A DNA stretch of 41,597 nt from a virus (taxonomy: Duplodnaviria; Heunggongvirae; Uroviricota; Caudoviricetes): the IMG/VR virus record IMGVR_UViG_640753023_000007; one strand, 5' to 3'. The position numbers and the translations under genes are program-made. Shown in pieces: positions 8,777 through 16,961 of this stretch (position 1 is the stretch's first letter; the number at the start of each line of letters is the position of its first letter). The notes under the pieces are model-generated. The model worked only from the letters and a program-made list of their open reading frames with translations. It ran no database searches and had not been told where the DNA came from.

Positions 8777-8815
8777 TGTTTACCGCCCTGTAAATTGTAG
8801 ATAAAAGTGGTTTCA

Positions 8816-9469
8816 TCACCCAAACGTCTCTTCAGGCCATTGGCTGGCGATAACTTTCCCCACAACGGAACAACTCTCATTGCATGGGATCATTGGGTAT
8901 TGTGGGTTTAGTGGCTGTAGAAACACCTGACCGCTATCCCTGATCAGTTTCTTGAAGGTAAATTCATCACCACCAAGTCTGGCTATGCAGAAATCGCCGG
9001 GCTCAACAGCTTGCTCAGGGTCAACCAGAATTAACATCCCGTCAGGAAAGCTGGGTTTGGAACCTGTTGGTGCGGTCATTGAGTTACCTTCAACCTCAAG
9101 CCAGAATGCAGAGTCACTGGCTTTTTTGGTTGTGCTTACCAATCTCTCCGCATCGCCTTTGGTAAAGGTTCTGAGTTCTGGAGAGAACATCCCAGCCTGA
9201 ACATGAGAAAAAACAGGGTACTCATATTGTTTTTTAACTGGGGCCGATGAGTATTCGCCAACAGGTGAAAATGTCCCGTCGTGGTTGAATGATATGTTAT
9301 CAATACCAAGGTATTTAAACACCACACCAATATCACTAAGAGATGGATGACGAGATCCGCGCAACCAGTGTCCAATCCCACCCTGCGTCATACCTAGCTC
9401 TTCGGCTAACTTCTCTTGAGTTATGCCGAGCTCTTTCATTCTGGATCTAGCCAGTTCATACCATTTCAT
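8816..9469 (-). CDS. cI: CI-type prophage repressor (HTH domain plus LexA/S24-like autocleavage domain)
   Basis: Track ORF 8816-9517; N-terminal HTH ([23 protein letters not shown]) and C-terminal S24-peptidase-like region (WLEVEGNSM ... FKKL); start placed at Met with AAGGA 7 nt upstream (9469); 9475 also possible. Confidence 0.85.
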   Translation of the reverse strand: MKWYELARSRMKELGITQEKLAEELGMTQGGIGHWLRGSRHPSLSDIGVVFKYLGIDNISFNHDGTFSPVGEYSSAPVKKQYEYPVFSHVQAGMFSPELRTFTKGDAERLVSTTKKASDSAFWLEVEGNSMTAPTGSKPSFPDGMLILVDPEQAVEPGDFCIARLGGDEFTFKKLIRDSGQVFLQPLNPQYPMIPCNESCSVVGKVIASQWPEETFG

Positions 9470-9585
9470 TTTCATGTCCTTATTATTACGCTCTGTACTG
9501 GAACCATCCATGCACAATGTGTATTTTTACTTGTATTCGCAAAGTACATATTGTATTTTTTATTCGTGTTTACTATGGAGGGCAT
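9470..9585. promoter_or_regulatory. Divergent pRM/pR promoter and OR operator region
   Basis: 116-bp AT-rich intergenic region between divergent cI and cro; contains AAGTACATATTGTATTT (9542-9558), matching the reverse complement of the OL-region motif at 14 of 17 positions, plus a 9-bp palindrome CACAATGTG. Confidence 0.5.
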
Positions 9586-9801
9586 ATGAGCAACCTACGA
9601 AAATATCGAGAGTCACTGAATATCTCTCAAACAACACTTGCTAAGGCAGTTGGATGCACACAGGGAGCTATCGGACATTGGGAATCTGGTCGTCGCTTCC
9701 CAGACCTTAAAACATGCCGTGCTCTTGTTGCGTGCCTAAACAAGTTAGGCGCAAAAGTCAGTCTTGATGACGTGTTCCCGCCGGAACACAAAGCCGCTTA
9801 A
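9586..9801 (+). CDS. cro: Cro-like HTH repressor
   Basis: Track ORF 9517-9801; start taken at MSNLRKYRESLNISQTTLAKAVG preceded by GGAGG; HTH motif; divergent from cI. Confidence 0.8.
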   Translation: MSNLRKYRESLNISQTTLAKAVGCTQGAIGHWESGRRFPDLKTCRALVACLNKLGAKVSLDDVFPPEHKAA

Positions 9802-9811
9802 TAAGCGGATC

Positions 9812-9857
9812 CGCTCTTTGTAACAACGGACATTCGTCCTACGTCGCTGAAAAGCGA
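9812..9857 (+). promoter_or_regulatory. nutR candidate (boxA CGCTCTTTGTAACAAC plus boxB hairpin UCGCU-GAAA-AGCGA)
   Basis: boxA-like element and 5-bp stem/GAAA-loop hairpin 16 nt apart, just downstream of cro; stem differs from the nutL boxB by compensatory base changes. Confidence 0.6.
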
Positions 9858-9942
9858 GTTCCAAGATATCTGACCAACTAAGGCCATATGCGTTTCCACG
9901 CATACCTTTCAACTAACTATTCACTATTGGAAATCTTAAGAA

Positions 9943-10239
9943 ATGGAAAGAACAAGTTACAGCAAACTATCACAGCGTGACGTTGATCGCGCAGAAACAG
10001 ATTTACTTATCAATCTGTCAGCTATTACCCAGCGCGGTCTGGCAAAGATGATTGGCTGTCATGAATCGAAGATAAGCAGAACGGACTGGAGATTTATTGC
10101 TTCGGTCTTGTGTGCTTTCGGAATGGCATCAGACATCAGTCCGATTAGCAGGGCTTTTAAGTATGCGCTTGATGGACTCACCAATAAAAAACGCCCGGCG
10201 GCAACCGAGCGTTCTGAACAAATCCAGATGGAATTCTGA
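9943..10239 (+). CDS. cII: CII-like transcriptional activator
   Basis: 98-aa ORF; C-terminal segment TNKKRPAATERSEQIQMEF matches lambda CII, N-terminal part divergent. Confidence 0.8.
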   Translation: MERTSYSKLSQRDVDRAETDLLINLSAITQRGLAKMIGCHESKISRTDWRFIASVLCAFGMASDISPISRAFKYALDGLTNKKRPAATERSEQIQMEF

Positions 10240-10271
10240 GGTCATTACTGGATCAATCCACAGGAGTCATT

Positions 10272-11171
10272 ATGACAAATACAGCAAAAATACTCAACTT
10301 CTGCAGAGGTAACTTTGCCAAACAGGAGCGTAATGTGGCAGATCTCGATGATGGTTACGCCAGACTATCAAATATGCTGCTTGAGGCTTATTCAGGCGCA
10401 GATCTGACCAAGCGACAGTTTAAAGTGCTGCTTGCCATTCTGCGTAAAACCTATGGATGGAATAAACCAATGGACAGAATCACCGATTCTCAACTTAGCG
10501 AGATTACAAAGTTACCCGTCAAACGGTGCAATGAAGCCAAGTTAGAACTCGTCAGAATGAATATTATCAAGCAGCAAGGCGGCATGTTTGGACCAAATAA
10601 AAACATCTCAGAATGGTGTATCCCTCAAAACGAGGGAAAATCCCCTAAAACGAGGGATAAAACATCCCTCAAATTGGGGGATTGCTATCCCTCAAAACAG
10701 GGGGACACAAAAGACACTATTACAAAAGAAAAAAGAAAAGATTATTCGTCAGAGAATTCTGGCGAATCCTCTGACCAGCCAGAAAACGACCTTTCTGTGG
10801 TGAAACCGGATGCTGCAATTCAGAGCGGCAGCAAGTGGGGGACAGCAGAAGACCTGACCGCCGCAGAATGGATGTTTGACATGGTGAAGACCATCGCGCC
10901 ATCAGCCAGAAAACCGAATTTTGCAGGGTGGGCTAACGATATCCGCCTGATGCGTGAACGTGACGGACGTAACCATCGCGACATGTGTGTACTGTTCCGC
11001 TGGGCATGCCAGGACAACTTCTGGTCCGGTAACGTGCTGAGCCCGGCCAAACTCCGCGACAAGTGGACCCAGCTCGAAATCAACCGTAACAAGCAACAGG
11101 CAGGTGTGACAGCCTGCAAACCAAAACTCGACCTGACAAACACTGACTGGATTTACGGGGTGGATTTATGA
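10272..11171 (+). CDS. O: Replication initiator O
   Basis: 299-aa ORF matching lambda O (MTNTAKILNFCRGNFAKQERNVADLDDGYARLSNMLLEAY...); contains the ori iterons. Confidence 0.95.
   Translation: MTNTAKILNFCRGNFAKQERNVADLDDGYARLSNMLLEAYSGADLTKRQFKVLLAILRKTYGWNKPMDRITDSQLSEITKLPVKRCNEAKLELVRMNIIKQQGGMFGPNKNISEWCIPQNEGKSPKTRDKTSLKLGDCYPSKQGDTKDTITKEKRKDYSSENSGESSDQPENDLSVVKPDAAIQSGSKWGTAEDLTAAEWMFDMVKTIAPSARKPNFAGWANDIRLMRERDGRNHRDMCVLFRWACQDNFWSGNVLSPAKLRDKWTQLEINRNKQQAGVTACKPKLDLTNTDWIYGVDL
10619..10750 (+). repeat. Lambda-type replication origin: four iterons plus AT-rich region inside O
   Basis: Four direct repeats of about 18-20 bp (consensus ATCCCTCAAAACGAGGGA) at roughly 10619-10705, followed by an A-rich stretch (ACAAAAGAAAAAAGAAAAG). 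Confidence 0.85.
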
Positions 11172-11869
11172 AAAACATCGCCGCACAGATGGTTAATTTT
11201 GACCGTGAGCAGATGCGTCGGATCGCCAACAACATGCCGGAACAGTACGACGAAAAGCCGCAGGTACAGCAGGTAGCGCAGATCATCAACGGTGTGTTCA
11301 GCCAGTTACTGGCAACTTTCCCGGCGAGTCTGGCTAACCGTGACCAGAACGAACTGAACGAAATCCGCCGCCAGTGGGTTCTGGCTTTCCGGGAAAACGG
11401 GATCACCACAATGGAACAGGTTAACGCAGGAATGCGCGTAGCCCGTCGGCAGAATCGACCATTTCTGCCATCACCCGGGCAGTTTGTTGCATGGTGCCGG
11501 GAAGAAGCATCCGTTATCGCCGGACTGCCAAACGTCAGCGAGCTGGTTGATATGGTTTACGAGTATTGCCGGAAGCGAGGCCTGTATCCGGATGCAGAGT
11601 CTTATCCGTGGAAATCGAACGCGCACTACTGGCTGGTTACCAACCTGTACCAGAACATGCGGGCCAATGCGCTGACTGACGCGGAATTACGACGCAAGGC
11701 TGCCGATGAACTGACCTGTATGACAGCGCGAATTAACCGTGGTGAGACGATACCTGAACCAGTAAAACAACTTCCTGTCATGGGCGGCAGACCTCTAAAT
11801 CGTGTTCAGGCGCTGGCGAAGATCGCAGAAATTAAAGCTAAGTTAGGACTGAAAGGAGCAAGTGTATGA
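11168..11869 (+). CDS. P: Replication protein P (DnaB helicase loader)
   Basis: 233-aa ORF matching lambda P; ATGA overlap with O stop. Confidence 0.95.
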   Translation: MKNIAAQMVNFDREQMRRIANNMPEQYDEKPQVQQVAQIINGVFSQLLATFPASLANRDQNELNEIRRQWVLAFRENGITTMEQVNAGMRVARRQNRPFLPSPGQFVAWCREEASVIAGLPNVSELVDMVYEYCRKRGLYPDAESYPWKSNAHYWLVTNLYQNMRANALTDAELRRKAADELTCMTARINRGETIPEPVKQLPVMGGRPLNRVQALAKIAEIKAKLGLKGASV

Positions 11870-12156
11870 CGGGCAAAGAGGCAATTATTCATTACCTGGG
11901 GACGCATAATAGCTTCTGTGCGCCGGACGTTGCCGCGCTAACAGGCGCAACAGTAACCAGCATAAATCAGGCCGCGGCTAAAATGGCACGGGCAGGTCTT
12001 CTGGTTATCGAAGGTAAGGTCTGGCGAACGGTGTATTACCGGTTTGCTACCAAGGAAGAACGGGAAGGAAAGATGAGCACGAACCTGATTTTTAAGGAGT
12101 GTCGCCAGAGTGCCACGATGAAACGGATATTGGCGGTATATGGAGTTAAAAGATGA
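11866..12156 (+). CDS. ren: Ren (Rex exclusion relief protein)
   Basis: 96-aa ORF overlapping the P stop; matches lambda Ren in size and position. Confidence 0.8.
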   Translation: MTGKEAIIHYLGTHNSFCAPDVAALTGATVTSINQAAAKMARAGLLVIEGKVWRTVYYRFATKEEREGKMSTNLIFKECRQSATMKRILAVYGVKR

Positions 12157-12181
12157 CCATCTACATCACTGAGCTAATAAC

Positions 12182-12213
12182 AGGCCTGCAGGTAATCGCA
12201 GGCCTTTTTATTT
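12182..12213 (+). terminator. Intrinsic terminator between ren and ninB (tR2-like)
   Basis: Perfect 8-bp stem AGGCCTGC / GCAGGCCT with 8-nt loop followed by TTTTTATTT. Confidence 0.7.
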
Positions 12214-12229
12214 GGGGGAGAGGGAAGTC

Positions 12230-12670
12230 ATGAAAAAACTAACCTTTGAAATTCGATCTCCGGCACATCAGCAAAACGCTATTCACGCAGTACAGCAAAT
12301 CCTTCCAGACCCAACCAAACCAATCGTAGTAACCATTCAGGAACGCAACCGCAGCTTAGACCAAAACAGGAAGCTATGGGCCTGCTTAGGTGACGTCTCT
12401 CGTCAGGTTGAATGGCATGGTCGCTGGCTGGATGCAGAAAGCTGGAAGTGTGTGTTTACCGCAGCATTAAAGCAGCAGGATGTTGTTCCTAACCTTGCCG
12501 GGAATGGCTTTGTGGTAATAGGCCAGTCAACCAGCAGGATGCGTGTAAGCGAATTTGCGGAGCTATTAGAGCTTATACAGGCATTCGGTACAGAGCGTGG
12601 CGTTAAGTGGTCAGACGAAGCGCGACTGGCTCTCGAATGGAAAGCGCGATGGGGAGATCGGGCTGCATGA
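12230..12670 (+). CDS. ninB: NinB (recombination mediator Orf family)
   Basis: Track ORF 12212-12670; start at MKKLTFEIRSPAHQQNAIHAVQQILPDPTKPIVVTIQERNRSLDQNRKLW preceded by GGAG; matches lambda NinB. Confidence 0.85.
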   Translation: MKKLTFEIRSPAHQQNAIHAVQQILPDPTKPIVVTIQERNRSLDQNRKLWACLGDVSRQVEWHGRWLDAESWKCVFTAALKQQDVVPNLAGNGFVVIGQSTSRMRVSEFAELLELIQAFGTERGVKWSDEARLALEWKARWGDRAA

Positions 12671-13194
12671 CTATCAAATCAAATACGCCAGCACACGACA
12701 AGGACTGCTGGCAAACGCCGCTTTGGCTTTTTGATGCACTGGATATTGAGTTTGGATTCTGGCTGGATTCGGCAGCGAGCGACAAAAATGCTCTGTGCGC
12801 TCACTGGCTAACTGAGGACGACGACGCGCTCAATTCTGAGTGGGTAAGCCACGGTGCAATCTGGAATAACCCACCGTACAGCAATATCAGGCCGTGGGTG
12901 GAAAAAGCCGCTGAGCAGTGTATACAACAGCGACAGACGGTAGTGATGCTTGTGCCAGAGGATATGTCTGTCGGATGGTTCAGCAAGGCTCTGGAGAGTG
13001 TTGACGAAGTTCGTATTATCACTGATGGACGGATTAATTTTATCGAACCATCGACAGGGCTGGAGAAGAAGGGAAACAGCAAAGGCTCCATGCTGCTGAT
13101 TTGGCGACCGTTCATCAGTCCTCGACGGATGTTTACTACCGTATCCAAAGCGGCATTGATGGCGATCGGGCAGGGCGTCAGGAGGGCTGCATGA
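12667..13194 (+). CDS. Phage DNA N6-adenine methyltransferase (Dam-like)
   Basis: Track ORF 12607-13194; start at Met overlapping ninB stop (ATGA); contains NPPY motif (WNNPPYSN) typical of N6-adenine methyltransferases; occupies the ninC position. Confidence 0.75.
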   Translation: MTIKSNTPAHDKDCWQTPLWLFDALDIEFGFWLDSAASDKNALCAHWLTEDDDALNSEWVSHGAIWNNPPYSNIRPWVEKAAEQCIQQRQTVVMLVPEDMSVGWFSKALESVDEVRIITDGRINFIEPSTGLEKKGNSKGSMLLIWRPFISPRRMFTTVSKAALMAIGQGVRRAA

Positions 13195-13367
13195 GACGAC
13201 AGCGACGAAGCATCACCGACATAATCTGCGAAAACTGCAAATACCTTCCAACGAAACGCTCCAGAAATAAACGCAAGCTAATCCCAAAAGAATCTGACGT
13301 AAAAACCTTCAATTACACAGCCCACCTGTGGGATATCCGGTGGCTAAGATATCGTGCGAGGAAATGA
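13191..13367 (+). CDS. ninE: NinE
   Basis: Track ORF 13101-13367; internal start [27 protein letters not shown]... matches lambda NinE; ATGA overlap with methylase stop. Confidence 0.7.
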   Translation: MRRQRRSITDIICENCKYLPTKRSRNKRKLIPKESDVKTFNYTAHLWDIRWLRYRARK

Positions 13368-13369
13368 CA

Positions 13370-13711
13370 ATGGATTATTCACAGTTAAGTGATTTTGAAA
13401 TTAACAGAATGGTAGGAGACATAATTTTTAAAGGCCTTTGGGCAAGTAAACCGGAAACATCAGGGAATAACACCAACAAATGGTATTACGGAAATGCTGA
13501 TACAACTTTTGAGCCATTAAATCATTTGCCTGACTACTGCAATGATCCGAGCGCTTCATGGCCGATTATTGAGAAATACAGGATTTCTATCTTAGACCAG
13601 TTAACTGAATGGTGTGTGGATGCAAAAGGCGTAAGCCCAATATTTGATACCAGACCTCTCCGCGCCGCCATGATTGTCTTTCTCCTGATGCAGGAGGCCA
13701 ATAATGCTTAG
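13370..13711 (+). CDS. Hypothetical nin-region protein (NinX-like)
   Basis: Track ORF 13328-13711; start placed at Met with AGGA 8 nt upstream; position between ninE and ninF. Confidence 0.45.
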   Translation: MDYSQLSDFEINRMVGDIIFKGLWASKPETSGNNTNKWYYGNADTTFEPLNHLPDYCNDPSASWPIIEKYRISILDQLTEWCVDAKGVSPIFDTRPLRAAMIVFLLMQEANNA

Positions 13712-13898
13712 CCCATCTCAATCCCTTCAATACCTGAAAGAAAGCATAGAGCGGGCTTCAATGTGCACAGAGTGGATTCTATCTAGGTTTAGCGCATACA
13801 GAAGATTGCCGGTAAAGGGCATGCCAAGCAAGTCGATGCTGCATATGCAAAAGAATGCGCGCTGGAAGGTATGGCGAGAACACAGGTTATGTGGCTGA
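13704..13898 (+). CDS. ninF: NinF-like protein with divergent C-terminal part
   Basis: 64-aa ORF; first 18 residues ([18 protein letters not shown]) resemble lambda NinF, remainder does not; overlaps upstream ORF stop. Confidence 0.5.
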   Translation: MLSPSQSLQYLKESIERASMCTEWILSRFSAYRRLPVKGMPSKSMLHMQKNARWKVWREHRLCG

Positions 13899-13917
13899 AA
13901 GAGGGGGTTATTAAGGC

Positions 13918-14280
13918 GTGAATACCTACAGCATCACATTACCCTGGCCTCCGAGCAATAATCGCTATTACCGCCATAATCGCGGGCGCACGCACGTCAG
14001 CGCAGAGGGGCAGGCATACCGCGATAACGTCGCCCGAATCATTAAAAACGCAATGCTGGATATCGGCCTGGCTATGCCTGTGAAAATCCGCATTGAGTGC
14101 CACATGCCGGATCGCCGTCGCCGTGACCTGGATAATCTGCAAAAAGCCGCTTTTGACGCACTCACTAAAGCAGGTTTCTGGCTGGATGATGCTCAGGTCG
14201 TTGATTACCGCGTTGTGAAGATGCCTGTTACCAAAGGTGGGAGGCTGGAACTGACCATCACCGAAATGGGGAATGAATGA
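13918..14280 (+). CDS. rusA: RusA Holliday junction resolvase
   Basis: 120-aa [47 protein letters not shown]... matching E. coli DLP12 RusA; occupies the ninG slot. Confidence 0.9.
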   Translation: MNTYSITLPWPPSNNRYYRHNRGRTHVSAEGQAYRDNVARIIKNAMLDIGLAMPVKIRIECHMPDRRRRDLDNLQKAAFDALTKAGFWLDDAQVVDYRVVKMPVTKGGRLELTITEMGNE

Positions 14281-14417
14281 TGTTTGAGTTTAATATGGCA
14301 GAACTTCTTCGCCACCGCTGGGGGCGTCTGCGCTTATATCGTTTCCTCGGTTCTGTTTTGACCGATTACCGAATACTGAAGAATTACGCCAAAACCCTGA
14401 CAGGAACAGGAGTATGA
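14280..14417 (+). CDS. ylcG: Small protein YlcG-like (45 aa)
   Basis: Hand translation [45 protein letters not shown]; ATG overlaps rusA stop; matches the small gene following rusA in DLP12 as recalled. Confidence 0.5.
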   Translation: MFEFNMAELLRHRWGRLRLYRFLGSVLTDYRILKNYAKTLTGTGV

Positions 14418-14502
14418 AGTCAGAGATAACAATCAACTAATACTGTTTTGTTGATTTTTGCTTGTAATTGGCGTTCTGGTCTGATTTTTGTGGAGTAAGT
14501 TG

Positions 14503-14886
14503 ATGCGTGATATTCAGATGGTTCTTGAGCGTTGGGGTGCGTGGGCGGCTAATAATCATGAAGATGTGACCTGGTCGTCCATTGCCGCCGGTTTTAAGGG
14601 ATTAATTCCTTCAAAAGTAAAATCTCGCCCGCAATGTTGTGACGATGACGCGATGATCATTTGCGGGTGCATGGCCCGTCTGAAAAAGAACAACAGCGAT
14701 TTACACGATTTATTAGTAGATTATTATGTATGTGGTATGACATTCATGTCACTGGCAAGTAAGCATTGCTGCTCGGATGGTTATATCGGGAAAAGGTTAC
14801 AGAAGGCTGAGGGCATAATTGAAGGGATGTTAATGGCATTAGATATCCGGTTAGATATGGATATCGTTGCTAATAATTCTAATTGA
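14503..14886 (+). CDS. Q: Late gene antiterminator Q (DLP12 QuuD / phage 82-like type)
   Basis: Track ORF 14488-14886 begins with TTG; ATG at 14503 is preceded by GGAG; sequence [24 protein letters not shown]... with Cys-rich zinc-binding region matches QuuD-type Q. Confidence 0.85.
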   Translation: MRDIQMVLERWGAWAANNHEDVTWSSIAAGFKGLIPSKVKSRPQCCDDDAMIICGCMARLKKNNSDLHDLLVDYYVCGMTFMSLASKHCCSDGYIGKRLQKAEGIIEGMLMALDIRLDMDIVANNSN

Positions 14887-14909
14887 TATGCAATTGTTTA
14901 CTAAAAGTT

Positions 14910-14936
14910 ATTAAAAATGGGGCGTGGAAACGCCCC
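14910..14936 (-). terminator. Candidate intrinsic terminator for the nmpC transcript
   Basis: Hairpin GGGGCG-(6 nt)-CGCCCC; on the minus strand it is followed by ATTTTTAAT. Confidence 0.45.
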
Positions 14937-15025
14937 CAAAATAAAGGGTAATATATAACAGAAGGTTTATATAGTAAGAAGCAAGGTAGTGCTTCTAAAG
15001 GAAGTGGCTTGAGGGCTCCACTTAT

Positions 15026-15064
15026 ATGTTGCGGAGGCAAAGCCTCCCGCAACATATCTTTTTC
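15026..15064 (+). terminator. Candidate tR-prime-like terminator about 140-180 nt downstream of Q
   Basis: 12-bp stem with one bulge (ATGTTGCGGAGG / CCTCCCGCAACAT, loop CAAAG) followed by ATCTTTTTCG on the plus strand; spacing from Q fits a short pR-prime transcript; promoter hexamers only tentatively placed near 14883-14911. Confidence 0.5.
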
Positions 15065-15074
15065 GTAAGTCAGA

Positions 15075-16157
15075 TTAGAACTGATAAACCAGACCTACAG
15101 CGACGATGTCGTCGGTATCAATACCAGCTGTTTTGGTAAACTTACTATCGTCAATTAAGTTGATTTTGTAATCAACAAAAGTGGACATGTTTTTATTAAA
15201 GTAGTAAGTAGCACCGACATCGACATACTTGACTAAGTCTCGGTCACCATGAACACCAAGGTCTTTACCTTTTGACTGAAGGTAAGCAACAGATGGACGC
15301 AGACCGAAGTCAAACTGATATTGTGCTACTGCTTCAAAGTTTTGTGCTTTGTTTGCAATATGGTTATTACCAAAAACGGTCATATTCTGAGTTTCAGAAT
15401 ATGTGGTAGCCAGATAGATATTGTTCGCATCATATTTCAGGCCTGCAGCCCATACTTCCGCATTTTTGCCGGAGGCATTGAATTTGCTCTTACCATAGGC
15501 GACCTGACCGTCAGTGCGATCTGATTTAGCATAGGTTGCACCCACGCCGAATCCTTCATACTCATAAGTAGTGGAGAAACCGAAACCATCACCATTGGCT
15601 TCAGTTACGTCAGTGCGGTCATTTTTACCCTGATACTGAGCAGCAAAGTTCAGGCCATCGACCAGACCAAAGAAGTCGTTGTTACGATAAGTTGCAACAC
15701 CAGTAGTGCGACCAGTCATGAACACATCTGTTTGGGTCCAGGTATCACCACCGAATTCTGGCAGAACGTCAGTCCACGCACCGATGTCGTATGCTACACC
15801 GTAGTTACGGCCGTAATCGATTGAGCCGTAATCACCAAATTTCAGGCCTGCAAATGCAAGACGGGTTTTGTCTTTGGAAGAACCTTGAGATTCAGCACGG
15901 TTGCCTTTGAATTCATATTCCCACTGACCGAAACCAGTCAGTTGATCGTTGATTTGGGTTTCACCTTTGAAGCCAAGACGGGCATAAGTAGTATCACCAT
16001 CATCTGCATCATTAGAGGAGAAGTAGTGCTTGGCATTAACTTTCCCGTATAGATCCAGCTTGTTACTGTCTTTATTATAAATTTCAGCTGCCTGAGCAGA
16101 CATCGCCATCAGTACTGATGCAGCTACAGCAGAAATTGCCACTGTTAATTTTTTCAT
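15075..16157 (-). CDS. nmpC: Outer membrane porin NmpC/OmpD-like (lysogenic conversion moron)
   Basis: Track ORF 15075-16217; start at [23 protein letters not shown] (signal peptide); C-terminal residue F; general-porin family features; inserted antisense between Q and the lysis genes as in DLP12. Confidence 0.9.
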   Translation of the reverse strand: MKKLTVAISAVAASVLMAMSAQAAEIYNKDSNKLDLYGKVNAKHYFSSNDADDGDTTYARLGFKGETQINDQLTGFGQWEYEFKGNRAESQGSSKDKTRLAFAGLKFGDYGSIDYGRNYGVAYDIGAWTDVLPEFGGDTWTQTDVFMTGRTTGVATYRNNDFFGLVDGLNFAAQYQGKNDRTDVTEANGDGFGFSTTYEYEGFGVGATYAKSDRTDGQVAYGKSKFNASGKNAEVWAAGLKYDANNIYLATTYSETQNMTVFGNNHIANKAQNFEAVAQYQFDFGLRPSVAYLQSKGKDLGVHGDRDLVKYVDVGATYYFNKNMSTFVDYKINLIDDSKFTKTAGIDTDDIVAVGLVYQF

Positions 16158-16582
16158 TGTACGCCCTTTTTTTGAACTATTATTAAAAAATGATGTCACT
16201 GCGCGATAAATATTCATCTAATCAATGTGATTATTTCAAGATGTAAGTTTTAGTTTCTCATTTAATTTGTGAAGTAGATCTCTATTTTTATCTGAACCTT
16301 TTCTATCTAATCCTATTCATGGCTCTTGTCTGAACAAAAATAAATCTATTAGCTAATTTATATTAATGGCACTTATTTATAAGTGCTCTATAATTCTTTA
16401 GCTTAATTTAAACAAACTAAAAATAACATTGGAAATTATTAACTGGTTATTTGTTGAAGTTTTCTTATGCATTTGTGGTGGTGTTTTGAACACTCGGTGG
16501 CATTCTCACAAATATCATTTAGTAGTTTACGTACGTAAAAAATTGGTTATGCTGTTAAGAGTGGTTACTTCGTCACACAGCT

Positions 16583-16616
16583 TAAACCCGCCGTCGAGCG
16601 GGTTTTTCCATTTTTT
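16583..16616 (+). terminator. Candidate intrinsic terminator upstream of the lysis cassette
   Basis: Plus-strand hairpin AAACCCGC-(6 nt)-GCGGGTTT followed by TTCCATTTTTTG, about 130 nt before the holin start. Confidence 0.5.
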
Positions 16617-16745
16617 GAGTCTCGATATTAGCTGATAACCCAATACCTGAGTTATTCACTGACTCCGAATCTGTTACGTTTCTGCCTTTATTGCGATACG
16701 TAGTATCCCCTTAATTTACACCCGCTTTGTCTGCGAGGTGGGGTT

Positions 16746-16961
16746 ATGAAATCCATGGATAAGTTAACAACGGGTGTCGCCTATGGTACCTCAGCAGGTA
16801 GTGCCGGGTACTGGTTTTTACAGTTGCTCGATAAAGTCACGCCCTCACAGTGGGCGGCAATAGGTGTGCTGGGTAGCCTGGTATTTGGCCTGCTGACGTA
16901 CCTGACAAACCTTTATTTCAAGATTAAAGAAGATAAGCGCAAGGCTGCGAGAGGTGAATAA
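16746..16961 (+). CDS. S: Holin, phage 21 S-type pinholin
   Basis: 71-aa [34 protein letters not shown]...; two TM segments; closely resembles S21 pinholin. Confidence 0.9.

Noticed and set aside
9423-9644. 73-aa plus-strand ORF spanning the cI start and OR
   Set aside because: Overlaps the cI N-terminus and the operator region; out of frame with cro; most likely accidental.
14919-14936. GGGGCG/CGCCCC hairpin as a plus-strand terminator directly after Q
   Set aside because: On the plus strand it is followed by CAAAATAAAGGG with no U-tract; the T-tract is on the other side, so it was assigned as a minus-strand terminator for nmpC instead.
16429-16635. 68-aa plus-strand ORF upstream of the holin
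   Set aside because: Begins at TTG, lies in AT-rich promoter DNA and runs through the terminator hairpin at 16583-16616.
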